A DNA stretch of 53,677 nt, filler included, from Jimgerdemannia flammicorona (taxonomy: Eukaryota): the NCBI GenBank assembly GCA_003990765.1. It is 3 parts of 3 records of this genome, joined end to end, with 100 filler letters (N's around TTAATTAATTAA, not from the genome) between each part and the next. Parts side by side here need not be neighbours in the genome. Positions count along the whole stretch, not along the records: positions 17,927 to 35,752 come from RBNJ01002393.1; 2 more parts are not named here. One strand, given 5' to 3'. A program made the position numbers and the translations under genes. This document shows, one piece after another, positions 20,901-32,423 of this stretch (the stretch's first letter is position 1; every line of letters starts with the position of its first letter). A model generated the notes under the pieces. It did not search any database, was not told the DNA's origin, and saw only the letters and a list, made by a program, of their open reading frames with translations.

Positions 20901-23094
20901 AGCGCCTTCCAAGGGCCCACACCACCCGTCAAATCCAGTCGTAACAGCGGCTCGGACATAGCCTCGGTCACCTCGGGCTCTTCGACTGCATCTGCCCCGC
21001 ACGCCGACGAGACCTACTTCATCCTCCGTCGAACCGACAAGCACAAGGACGCGGAGTACGCCAAGCAGCAACAGGCGCGACCGGCTGTACCAAAGCGCCT
21101 CGACTCTATCTCCTCGACCGAACAGGATTTAAAGCGGGCCATCTCCCCGCCCCTCGGTACCACCCCGCGGGCGCCGGTATCGTACCAACTTCATCCGAAC
21201 TCGAACCCGGGTCGTACGAGCTTGGAACGACCGACGCCGATGCGCAAGGATACAGCAGGGTTCCACGAGGCGCCCTCGTCGGGGATGTCGGAGGACGCGA
21301 TGGGTCTGGACGGGCGTCCGATGCGACGATCGCAGATCCTGCGGATGCTGAATGTAGACGATATTACAGCGACGGAGGAAGCCGGGCGCACTGTGTCGCC
21401 GCCGCCGACGTCGCTTCGGTCGGCCAAGCGGTTTTCGCCAGACAAGCTAGATGGACGCCTGTCTAGCGGGTCGAACGGCGGCGATCAGCAAGACAGGTTG
21501 GAGGGCGACGATCTGCCGGAAGTTTCTGTTCCGCGGCGGCCAGCCAACGAGGTGCTCTCAAAATTGGACGAGGCATTGCACGGGCTGGAGCATGAGAAGC
21601 AAGAGCACGCTGCGCTTCTCGAGGCGAAGTTGAACGATTTCCACAATTCCGGGTCGTCGGGAAATAGGCGCAACTCTGGCCCACCCAAGCAGCTCACGCC
21701 GCAACAGATGAGGCATCAACGGATGTTACAGGAGCAGGAGAGAGCCGAGAGCCCGTTACTGTTGCAAGGATCCATCAACGCGCTGCGCAACGAGGAGGAC
21801 GGCGTCGATATAGTGCTACCCGGCAAGACCGGGCTGTTGAGGTCATCGCGCATGTTCGATAGCAGGGTGCGGTACTCGTTCGTCGCACCCGATGGGACCG
21901 AGAAGGAAATCTCCAAAATTGTTGAGGAATTCCTTGGGGATATGGATGGCAATGAAAGACAGGACGAGGAGAATACGACCGATCTGGCGTCGACCTTGTC
22001 GAGTCCGCCGCGCTCGGATCCAGCGAGTCCGACGCCCGTGGAAGAGGCCTCCGTCGTGAAGAAGGCAGATAAGAAGGAGTCGAAGAAGAGAGGATTGGGC
22101 AAGAAGAAGAAGGCGGATATCTTGGAGTCGTACGTCGATCAGGCGACCGGGCCCAGCATGAGGATTGAGACACTGGAGAGGCTCGAGAAGGTGTTGAAGA
22201 GGGTAAAGGATGGCGACAAGAAGAAGGAGAAAAAGGACAAGGAGGACAAGAAGGACGGCAAAAAGTCGAGCTCCAAGCCCTCCAAGTCCTCCTCGTTGTC
22301 GTCCAAGGGTCCCGCCAAGATTCCCTCACAGGAACGAATCTCCGTGTCCGCCGACCCCGCACCACTCACTCGCCAGGGCTCCCAAGATAGCCTCGGGGGG
22401 GGCCAAACGCGCACGGAGTCATCCAATACGCAAGCCTCTGATCTCCGCAAGACAACCGACAGCCCGATGAGCATGTCGAAGCCAACGCGGCGGTCTCCGG
22501 CGCCCTCTCCCTCGCCAAGCTTCGACCGATCGAGCAGCTCGACGCCGACGTCTGGTATGACGGAGAGCACGCGTGGGACATCAGTGCGGTCAGCGTCAGC
22601 GTCGCCAAACCCGCACGACTCGTGGGCGTTCTCGGACGATTTCGGGCTGGACGAGCTGATGGTGCTGGTGCGCGGTGGGATCACCTTCCTGGAGGCCAAG
22701 GAGAAGAAGAAAGACGGGTGGGAGGACGAGAACGGGAACCCCATCCCGCAGAGTGGTAATGTGAGCGCGTCGAGCAGCGCCCCCATGTCTCCTATCACCC
22801 CGACGGCTGTGTCCGCATCGCCGGTGCCTGGGATGAGTCGTGAGGGTGGGAAGGAGGGTAGGGATAAGGATGTGGAGGTGAGGCAGGATGTTAAAGAGGT
22901 GTATAGGGAATCATTGTCAAGTTTGGACGATTTGGAGAAGGTGAGTTTATTTTTTTGAGGGTTTATTTTAAATGGTGCCGCGATTTCGCGTATGCCAGCT
23001 TGTCCGTTGAATTTTAACTATTAACTAACGCACCGCCATTTTTCTTTTGCAGGAATTGGAACGCATCATGTCCGATACCATTAAGGCCTTTTAG
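17999..23094 (+). CDS. Tea4/Bud14-like polarity protein: SH3, RVxF (PP1-docking) motif, Ras-association-like domains; 6 exons (17999-18337, 18666-18713, 18848-19991, 20137-20724, 20869-22940, 23053-23094)
   Basis: SH3 VYALHTFVATVEGQ...NSYWWLV...GYIPAENIE is followed by TPYERLARLNKHRN, the Tea4/Bud14 signature, and KGVSF. RA-like LRVFAGNV...FKTVMVNPSTTAAELVKQAMLRF. The GT-AG introns keep the frame. Confidence 0.85.
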
Positions 23095-24835
23095 GCCGCC
23101 CGAATTCTTCTGCTTTTCAAGCATTCCGGAAATACTCTTACAAAACGTCCCTCACTCACAAAAAAAAAAAAAGAAAAAAGAAAAAAAATCTCATCACAAT
23201 TTACGTCTATCCTGTGATGGTTTTTGCAGCTGGATAACTCGAATAACTTTGATACCTTTCTGACCGATTGCTCCCTTTTGGAATTACGAAAATGATGATA
23301 GACAATTCACTTCCAGTGATTTCCCCTCCGTATTCTCTTATTTTTTTGCAATGATGCCCAATATCCCCTCTGCTCAGTTGCATCATACGTTTTTTCAATG
23401 GGGTTCTTAGTCGTTATCATGTAGCGTATATATATATATATGTATATCGTTATCATCTGTACTCCTTCCACGTCGCTCGTTACCTTCCCCTTCCCGTGAT
23501 TGGGAATATCTCATACCTATGTATACTTATTTATTTCTTATACAGCCGTTATAGACTGCCGCACCTTTTTTTTTTTTTTTTTTTTTTTTTGTCATAAAAA
23601 ACACATTTGACATGAGAAAAAAAAAAAGTTGGGTGGTGCTATATGCCTGACCACTCGATACCTGCCATGATTGCGTTAACGCGAAATGTGAATATGTGGA
23701 TGAAAAACAATCCATAATTGGAGTTGGCTTAGATATTGGCGTTTTAAATGACTCCCAGCCATCCGCTCTCCGCTGGACACCCCCAAATACCCTATCTTAC
23801 AAGCTTCACCGCATCGACAAACAGCCCCATCTCGTACGAAACCGACGAGCAATCTCCAAGATCCAAGAGCATTTCACACCTCTGGAGGGGAAAGTGTTAG
23901 GCTCGAGCCACGACGCCAAATCTTTGCACTATTTCACAGACTGTTTCGTCTGCGCGACCTGCGTTGTGATGAGGCACGACGAGATGACAGTGCATGAGGT
24001 GAGGTGCGTGACGAGTGTGCATGGGCAGGAGGGAGGATCGGCTGTTCTATTGGAATAGAGTGTTGGAGAATAGATATATATACTCTGGGGTGATGTGATA
24101 TTAAAGACGGTGTGGAAATCGTTCAGACGTGGTCCCTTTACGAGGTGGGGCAGAAAGCCACCGGTAGGTTGGGGGATCATTTAATCACCGGTTGAAAAGA
24201 AACACATACGAAGCATGAGCTGATACAAAGGTTGTAAACAAGTCCATGTCTGGTACAAACCCCATTCTCCAGTAACCTGCACCAATACCTTTTGCCTTAT
24301 GTACAACGACCTCGCCCTAATCCCCTGAAGCTACCACAACTTGACTCTGACTCGCGCCATGACTCACCATCTAAACGCAATGCACCGCGGCTCCTATGGG
24401 CTGAAAAATGGCATGGTGCCGTGGCGGCACACGGACGACAGCCGGTATCACCAGTTCGACGTTGTTGCGAGCCGATTCGTGTCGTAGATGCGGGTGAAGT
24501 TGTCGGTGGAATGCATCTAGAAATATGTTGGCTGGGTTGGGCTGCATATTCCTTAATATGTGTTTGTTATGCTATTAAATTACCCGAACCAGCACAGTAA
24601 GGTCATCTATTCAGCGATAAATCTGTTCGGTCGTATGTTTGATGGAGGAAGAGAGAGGTGATAAGCTCGAAAGCTCGAGCAACTATCAACAATCAGCCGT
24701 CACGTGCCAAGTTACCATGACTTCATGAAATAAAATATAAAATAAGAATTCACGACAAAAAAAAAAAAAAAAAAGAATTCACGACAAAAAAAAAAAAAAA
24801 AGCTTTTAACGTCACCCTACAATCCATCCACAACA

Positions 24836-26368
24836 TCACCACCACTGCTCTTCCGGACCTTTGCACCTGACCAAACCATCCTCGCCCACCTCATCCTCCT
24901 CAATAACCACCTTTCCCTCATCACTCGACCCATCTTCCTCACCAAAGCACATCGTCACCAAATCCTCCAACTTCTCCACATCCACCTCCCCAATCTCCCT
25001 TCTTTCCCGCAAAACCCTCACCATCGTCGACCTATAGACGCCGACCCGCGCTAAATGCTTCACCACGAAGCTAATAGCCTCCCCATATTCCCTCACCACT
25101 CTCTGCATATTCCTCCGCCCAGCCAAAACCTGCACTTGTGCCCTGCCATCCATCGGTACCCCATAACTCATTTTTTCCATATCATGCTCCCCCCGCGCAA
25201 AAACGACAACCGCATCCGCCCTCCGCAAATACCCACGCAACCGCACAGCCTTCAATAACGTCAAATCAGCCCCCCACGCCACAAGCTTCGGCAAGAGCTC
25301 CGGCGCGCGACGCCAGCACCGGAATGCGTGCTCAAGGAGGGACCTCTGCGCGTGCTGCGGCATCGCTCCATGTGCGACGAGAAGCGCGTAATGCTGAAAA
25401 TCGGTCGCCGGATGGCAGTATGGGACCGGATATCGGCATTGGCCGGTGCGATGACGTGCCGGAGCAAAGGTAAGCGAGGTCAACGTTGTGATGCTTGGAC
25501 GGTCGCGGTCGTTGAAGCGCGGGTGTTCGAGGAGATGTTTGAGGGTTGCATGGGCATGCGGGCGGTGACTGGCCGGGGCGACGTAATAGAGGCCTGCTAA
25601 GTCGAGAATGACTTCTTGGTAGAATCTGGAATCGTGGTCAACGAGAGCGTTGATCATGGTCAGATTGTAACCGTGGGTGATGGGGATTGTGATGAAGTCG
25701 ATGTGGGGAGTCCGGCCGTAATAGAGGTTTTCGCGTAGAACATAGGTGAGTGTTTCGAGGGACCCGCTGCCGAAGGCCAGGCTCAGAATGTTTGTGGCCG
25801 TCGTGCGAAGAATTTTCGAGAAGATAGGCTGCGCGGCCAAGTACTGCAGCATAGGAAAATTCCCAGCACCAGCGGCCTCGAGCAAAGGGAACCTATACAG
25901 GACGCCTGTAACATATTCATCAGCTTCAAGCGGCCTCGTTTCCAGCATGCGTCTACACATCTCGAGCCCCGTAGGCCTAGTCGCCTGATCACTGAGAACA
26001 TTCACGAGAAGGTTTTGCTCTGATTCCGACCCAGCGAGACCCGTTTCATTATTCCGTAGCAAGTACACCACCTCATCGATGCGATTCTGTCTAGTGCACG
26101 CAATGAAGAGAGGTTTCCACCAGCTTGATTTGCGAAGGTTTCCGGTGCGGTGAAAGATCTCGATGACGGGTAAGGTGATGCGTGGGAGCAGGAGCTCGGC
26201 CCTTATGAAGCTACTAAGTGGTGCCGTCGTCAGGTAGGTGAAGACAATGTGGGGGTTGGTGGCGAGGGCCGAAAGGCGCTTGTTGACGAAGACCCATAGG
26301 CGGGGATTGTCGATGATGAAGTGCTCGAGGAGTTCGTCGGGGAGGGTTTCAATGGGCGAGGTGGTCAT
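24836..26368 (-). CDS. Intronless F-box-like protein with degenerate ankyrin-like repeats (510 aa)
   Basis: N-terminal IETLPDELLEHF...VNKRLSALA. Repeats PLFIACTRQNRIDEVVYLL, PLLEAAGAGNFPMLQYLA and ILSLAFGSGSLETLTYVL. Confidence 0.7.
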   Translation of the reverse strand: MTTSPIETLPDELLEHFIIDNPRLWVFVNKRLSALATNPHIVFTYLTTAPLSSFIRAELLLPRITLPVIEIFHRTGNLRKSSWWKPLFIACTRQNRIDEVVYLLRNNETGLAGSESEQNLLVNVLSDQATRPTGLEMCRRMLETRPLEADEYVTGVLYRFPLLEAAGAGNFPMLQYLAAQPIFSKILRTTATNILSLAFGSGSLETLTYVLRENLYYGRTPHIDFITIPITHGYNLTMINALVDHDSRFYQEVILDLAGLYYVAPASHRPHAHATLKHLLEHPRFNDRDRPSITTLTSLTFAPARHRTGQCRYPVPYCHPATDFQHYALLVAHGAMPQHAQRSLLEHAFRCWRRAPELLPKLVAWGADLTLLKAVRLRGYLRRADAVVVFARGEHDMEKMSYGVPMDGRAQVQVLAGRRNMQRVVREYGEAISFVVKHLARVGVYRSTMVRVLRERREIGEVDVEKLEDLVTMCFGEEDGSSDEGKVVIEEDEVGEDGLVRCKGPEEQWW

Positions 26369-26639
26369 GGTGATAGATGGGATTCATGCCTTATGGCTGC
26401 GCCACTATTTTATCGCTAAGCCCCTTCATGCAATCCTCGGCCTGCGCCAGAGACTCGCAGAGACAATGGTCGATCCTCACCTGCAACAAAAACGTCTTAC
26501 CCGAGGCGATATCAAACATAAACCTGATCTCTATCCCACCTAGATTGACTAGCTGCAACTGCTGCGAGCCTTTCCTACTGCGGCCTGTGGAAAGACGGCT
26601 CCGACGGCGATTTCCTGCGACACTCCAATTGGTGGGCGC

Positions 26640-27140
26640 TCGCTTGAATATGACACGCCCTTCCCGCGTATCTTCACTGCCCCGCACGACCTCACGCGGG
26701 TCGAGCTCGTCGGGCTGCACACCGTTCACCCGCCGGACCTGCAATGAGGGCTGCGGACCTGGGGCTCCTCGGCTGTGCTACCTGTTAATTATAGCGTGTA
26801 CCTCCTCGATGACACAACTCTGTCTGTCATCGCCTGAGATTCCCAGAACCTGACGACGCTGAAGCTACCCACAGGGCACCGACTGCACGCTCTGCCGGAT
26901 CCTAGACTCGTGACGAGGAATCTCTGGGATGACGAACGCACTGCGGAATTTTTGGGATGTTGGCGAGGAGTGCGTGACGGATGTGCGTGGTCAGCTTTAT
27001 GTGTGGTGCAGAGCAAAGGTGAGGGATGAGATGGATGCGAGGTCTGTGAATGTAATTATGGGGATGGGTCGGCTCGAGAAGTGCGTGTTGAGGGATGAGG
27101 AGTATAAGTGGAGCCGATCGGGTTGTACACACCCTAATTG
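26640..27140 (+). pseudogene. Possible LRR (RNI-like) gene fragment
   Basis: A stop-interrupted frame reads HDLTRVELVGL...LLDDTTLSVIA*DSQNLTTLKL. Confidence 0.25.
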
Positions 27141-28598
27141 ATGCAGAGCAGTTTCATTCCTACTCTTCGATCATATAATTAACTGTATATACTTCAATTT
27201 ACCTTTCCCAACCCGCGCGCGAACCCGCATTTCTTATTTCCAAAAATATACATTTCCGCGCATCCAACGATTCACCACCAAACTCGATGAACCAAGGAGT
27301 GAACTCGAAAACCAGGACTTTGTTCTCAGGTCGAAGTGTAGAAACAAACGGGATGTGTAAATTCTCCCTAAGGGAAGCCCTCATCTGTTTACAATATACG
27401 CCTTTGTACAATGGCGGGTTATGGCCTACACGCTGTGCCACGGCGTGTCCATGAGAAGCACGGTGACAGCGTAATTGTGGGAGGCGGGAAAAATTCGTGG
27501 GTAAGGTTCGAACGACTGGGGCCTGACGAACTATATCCCGGCCATTCCGCATCCACGACATTGCACTGAGACACAGCACCGCGACGGTTCAATGGCGATG
27601 GAGGGGGGGAGGGGTCACTGTACAGCTTGAGACGGATTGCATCTTTGTCAGTTTTGGTTTGGACGTTCGGGGTTGCGATGGAAATGATACCTTCAGGAAT
27701 GGCCAGTACTATCTGTGGTAGCGGGAAAGAGGCGACGAGTGTATCTTGGGACAAGTGTTAGAATATTTGTTGCGGAAACGAACACAAAATAAAACACTCG
27801 CGCGCAACGAATGCAGCTTTGCTTGTGTACTGGATATTTCACACCAGACCGATTTTTCGCTGTACATTTACATTGATTCCAAAGCATCCCGCCTAAGCAA
27901 GGACTCAGGGTATATACTGGGACTCGAGATTGAAAACAAACCTGGCGTCCTTCGCGTTTCGTCTGCAGCACAAAAAAAAAAAAAAAACACCATCGCCCTC
28001 GTACCGTACCATGCTCTGGTCATAATGCGCCAGCCAACTGTTAATAGGATCGAAACATCCTACCTTTGTGGGCTAAGATAAGGAAAGCTCTTTTTGTTCG
28101 ATGTCCCGCGCTTCAGCTGTATGAATGCGGAATTGTGTTGTCGAATTACATTACTTAATTGGGAAGGGAAATACAAACAAACAAACAAACAAACAAACAA
28201 AGGTGGGAAGTAGGAATGGAAAAAGACACTGGAAAATGTACTAAGGTCCATGACAGCGTGAATAAGCTTTGGCACAGGCGAAGAATTTGGTAGGACCAAA
28301 GGTGGGCCTATGAGACGTTGTGGAATTCTCGGTTATGTACCTTAATAATTAGAATAGCTCGATACGGGTGTTGAACAATATTCTCGAAATACCTCTCCTT
28401 TCTATTATCCTTTCAAACCATCCCACCACCACGACCCGATCTCCTCTGTCCATCGTGACGATTTCCGCCGGCGCGTAGATGAGAACGCGACGCCCGAAAG
28501 CGAGAAGTACGTAATACTTCGGAAATTTCCATGCTGGGTATGGTAATCAGTTTCCAGATTTCCACAATGTGACCCGGCTGCGCCACTACCTGGACTCA

Positions 28599-28797
28599 CT
28601 ATTCGGATTCGACCATTCGAATTCAGACAATTCGACTATCGACTATTCGACTATTCGACTATTTGGCTATTCGGCTATTTGACTGTTCAACTATTCGACT
28701 ATTCGACTATTCGACTATTCGACTATTCGACTAATCGACTAATCGACTATTCGACTATTCGACTATTTGACTATTCGACTATTCATTCGACTATTCG
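28599..28797. repeat. 8-bp tandem repeat (CTATTCGA)n, about 20 imperfect units
   Basis: Directly visible. Confidence 0.95.
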
Positions 28798-29307
28798 TGC
28801 ACATTCATGTGGTTTGCGACATGGCCATTGCGCTCAACACTTTGCATCTAGCACAATATTATCATAAATCACTTGGTACCCATTATGTTGGGAAGATCTT
28901 TCTCTGTCGCCAGGGGTTGTGAACATTTATAATTGCCACGCGAAACACCCACGATCAAACATACTAGTCGGAAAGGGAATCGTTCCGGCTTCCGAAAGAT
29001 CACCCAGTGATCGACTGCCTTGGGAAATTCCGCAATCGGAATCGGAATCGGCCTCCGTTAATTGTTAGTTTCTATCGGAGCTTCCAAACGGAAATTCTTT
29101 CTATGCACCAAGGGAGGTGTAGTTGTTGACGCAGTGATCGGCAATCGAATTTCGGAAGAGAAACTGTCTTGGGAACCGAATACCTAAAACGGGTGATAAC
29201 AGTGGATAGGGGGCGCAGCCTAACCAATATATTAAGGGAGGTATCCACTAAATTTTTTTTTTAAACACACACTATACATACTACCCACACACACACTACA
29301 CACACTC

Positions 29308-31575
29308 ATGACTTCCCAAGCTACCGCACAGACCTCTTCCAAGTACCAGTTGACGTACAAGGTCCTCAATATCAAGAATCACGATGCTCTCTTTGGTTCC
29401 TCGGACCCATATGTTTCCTTTACCGCCCAGACGCTTCGTGAAGACCAGATACCGGTGGAGGGCAGTGTCGCAATCGCCAAGAACAAGCGAAGCTGCGAAT
29501 TCAATGGCGAGCACACCTTCCGGACGCGCGATCAGTCTGTCCTGTGCAGGGTGACCGTCTGGGACGCGGACACGGTGAAATCGTTGGTGGACGGGCGGAT
29601 CTATGACGTGGACAAGGAGCTGAACCAGGAGTTCCTGGACACGCCGACAAAGTATACAGTTATCAAACAGGATCTGGTCGGAGCATGCCAATTTTCCCTG
29701 AGCCAAATGCTCGCGTCCAGCCGTACGAACGCGGACGGCCAGATGTGGCTGCGGTTGCCACTGGTCCGTGGTTGCAAAAAAGCGGGGGCCTTTTGCCCAA
29801 AGTGCGGACATACGCATGATCGAATGACCCATGGTTACAGCTACGGGAAACTCGGCCGTGGAGACAATATGCCTCAAGACTCGCTTCGATTACAGGCGCG
29901 GACTGCGACAGCGCTCTCGACGGTCTCGACTGCAGATTCGCTGTTCGAGTGTCCCAATTGCCGTACACACATTCACCGGGACGGAACTTTGATTGTGTAT
30001 TGCGAGGAATTGACAACAGAGGAGAATGACGATGTATATCGTTTGAAATTGGAGGCCTTCAAGTTGAGATGGGTGGATGGAAATATGTTCAATCGGAAAA
30101 TGTCAGATCCGCGCTGGAAGCTAGTGGACTCCCGTGGAAATCGCGTTGCTGAAAGCCGAACGTACGAAGATCGCGAGCATGTCCTCTTCGAGTTCGTGTC
30201 GATCCCCAAGAGGCGTCTTCTTCCCGGCGATTCCTACACCCTCGAATTCTGGGACGCGAACGACAATGGCCGTGACAAGTCTATCGGAAGCTGTTCGGGT
30301 ATTTCGGTTGAAGAGCTCGAGAAACGTGCGCTTCCCTCTAGCCAACACGGTGTCGCATCCGAATGGATGGACGCTAACGTCCGGAAACCTAAGAATCCGA
30401 ACCCCGAGTGGTTCGTGTTGCATGACCAAAAGCGAAACATTTCTGGATATGTGATGGTGAGGGATTTTTATTCATTCATTCCCTTCAAGCGTGCCATCCG
30501 ACAGCCCTACTGCGAATTCGGAACTTCTATGGTCTTGGATGGAACCGGCTCGAACGAATGTTGCGACATAAAGGTGTGCGCCGCCCGCAATTTGCAGCAA
30601 AAAAATCACGTCTGCAAGACGCTGCACACGGTTCCCGCGTCGTCCTTTAATACCTTGATCGAGGCGGTTGGCCCGGACGCCGTGGTTTCGGTCGCCGCCG
30701 CACGCATCTTAGGTGTCTCATACGCGGGTATGTTATACCAGGATTTCCGAGCGTGGGCCGCCTACATCCCAGACGGAATCCGTTGTCGCGTCTTTGGCGT
30801 CAAGGTTTATCGTGGTCAGGAGAACACGGACAAGGCAAAGCAGGACAGGGCGCGACCAGTGTTTCGAGGAGCCGCACTGGATTTCCCCGTTAAATGGAAT
30901 GTTCCGCTCACTCCGGACGACCGGCCTCTCATGTCCGATGAAGAAGCCTACGACGCGTATGCAACGTTCTTTGGGTTCGTAAAGGACAAAACAAACTTCT
31001 ACTCGCTCGGAGATCATAGATACCGGCAACGTTTTCTCACGTGCCTTGGAGGACCGACACAAATCACAAACTCCCTGCGGAGCATCGTCAGCGAGGAGAA
31101 AGCCGCCATTGAGCGCGCCTGGAAGATCGGCCACCACCGCCACAGCGTAATCAAACTTTTGGTGGACGGCATTATTGACGACATGCCAGCGCTTGAGGTG
31201 CTCGTTTCGGATACCGCGAAATATCTGCCGATTTCATTCATCTTCTATGGCATCGGGAATGCGGACTTCACGCCGCTCCGAAGGCTAGATGACCTCCCAG
31301 ACCTCAAGAATACGATGGATAACGTGGCCTTTTTCGAGCTGTCGGCGGATCCAATACAAGCTGACCAGGCCGGGGATCGTGCCATCGTGGCCGTCGAGAA
31401 GCACTTTTTGCAGTACCAGGATGCATTTCCACAACATCGGATACAGCGTGTTGCGGAATTTTATAGTCAGCAAAAGTCCGCAGACAGTAAGATTGTCTCC
31501 GACAAGAAAAAAGCTTTACTTGCCGACGAGGAAGGTGATCCCTCGGAACCGCCGCCACCCGCATACGATGGTTGA
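29308..31575 (+). CDS. Intronless copine-family protein (C2A with zinc-ribbon insert, C2B, vWA), 755 aa
   Basis: C2 motifs DALFGSSDPY, VTVWDAD, QDLVG, MSDPRW and LEFWDANDNGRDKSIG. Copine vWA motifs VLDGTGSN, GGPTQI, LLVDGIIDDM, LPISFIFYGIGNADF and DNVAFF. Confidence 0.88.
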   Translation: MTSQATAQTSSKYQLTYKVLNIKNHDALFGSSDPYVSFTAQTLREDQIPVEGSVAIAKNKRSCEFNGEHTFRTRDQSVLCRVTVWDADTVKSLVDGRIYDVDKELNQEFLDTPTKYTVIKQDLVGACQFSLSQMLASSRTNADGQMWLRLPLVRGCKKAGAFCPKCGHTHDRMTHGYSYGKLGRGDNMPQDSLRLQARTATALSTVSTADSLFECPNCRTHIHRDGTLIVYCEELTTEENDDVYRLKLEAFKLRWVDGNMFNRKMSDPRWKLVDSRGNRVAESRTYEDREHVLFEFVSIPKRRLLPGDSYTLEFWDANDNGRDKSIGSCSGISVEELEKRALPSSQHGVASEWMDANVRKPKNPNPEWFVLHDQKRNISGYVMVRDFYSFIPFKRAIRQPYCEFGTSMVLDGTGSNECCDIKVCAARNLQQKNHVCKTLHTVPASSFNTLIEAVGPDAVVSVAAARILGVSYAGMLYQDFRAWAAYIPDGIRCRVFGVKVYRGQENTDKAKQDRARPVFRGAALDFPVKWNVPLTPDDRPLMSDEEAYDAYATFFGFVKDKTNFYSLGDHRYRQRFLTCLGGPTQITNSLRSIVSEEKAAIERAWKIGHHRHSVIKLLVDGIIDDMPALEVLVSDTAKYLPISFIFYGIGNADFTPLRRLDDLPDLKNTMDNVAFFELSADPIQADQAGDRAIVAVEKHFLQYQDAFPQHRIQRVAEFYSQQKSADSKIVSDKKKALLADEEGDPSEPPPPAYDG

Positions 31576-32423
31576 TTTTTTATTTATTTTTTTCATCCAT
31601 TTGTCTAAAAATTTTGAATATAAGGTATTTTTGTAAACGATATCTTTTGTATCCAGATAGTTTATTTCTAGGGAGCTGTGCTCTATCGCACAAAGGTCAA
31701 TGTTTAGGAACACCCACTTGATAAAGAGATAGGCGTCGCGAATTGTTTATGTCGGGGAATATAGTCAAGATAGTTTTCTTGATCATGACAGGATATTTGG
31801 GTTGCGGAGAGAGGAATTGGCATATTATGTTTATCTATTTTTAAATCATCTCTTAAAAGAGTTAAGGAACTTTGTCAAGTTTCGTTGGTCCGACGTCTCG
31901 CTGAAAGTAGATTTGATCGTCTACATCCCAAACATTAATCTGGGCTAGAAGCCAGCATTAGCCCTTGTGTCTTTCGCCAAGATTTGTGCACAGTATTTGG
32001 CTCAATACATAACATCTTCCGCCGCGTACATTCTCTATTTTTATTATTTTAATGTTATTTATTTTTAATCGTCCGTTCAATAAATACTAGAAGCATTGAC
32101 ATGGAGTCAACTAGAGATTGTCGAAAACTCATTCTTTTTGTTTTATTAGCGCTAGTGTGTCGGTTGTAAAAAAAGACATGCTAATACAATCTTTTTCGAA
32201 ATGTATGACTCGAGAGAAATTTATGTATTCCTGGATTTTACGTTTTTTCTTTTTCCTTTGTCCTGCCTTTAATCTACCTAGTATTTATGTCTTCTTTTTG
32301 TCTGAATTGAATGTAGAAAGGGGGATACAGGCATAATTGTGACAATTTTTTAATTGTTATGAATCTTTCCCTTATGTGGCGACAAGTAAACAAAGCCTCT
32401 TTCTACCGACGTCAAAAAACACC

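Noticed and set aside
18791..22798. Long antisense ORFs over the Tea4-like gene (similarly 40545-41459 over LINE ORF1)
   Set aside because: Shadow frames of GC-rich coding sequence with no motifs.
24745..24801. Duplicated AGAATTCACGAC + poly-A
   Set aside because: Probably slippage or an assembly artefact at a homopolymer; no element sequence is present.
28599..28797. Repeat array considered as CRISPR-like
   Set aside because: Contiguous 8-bp units with no spacers, in a eukaryotic context.
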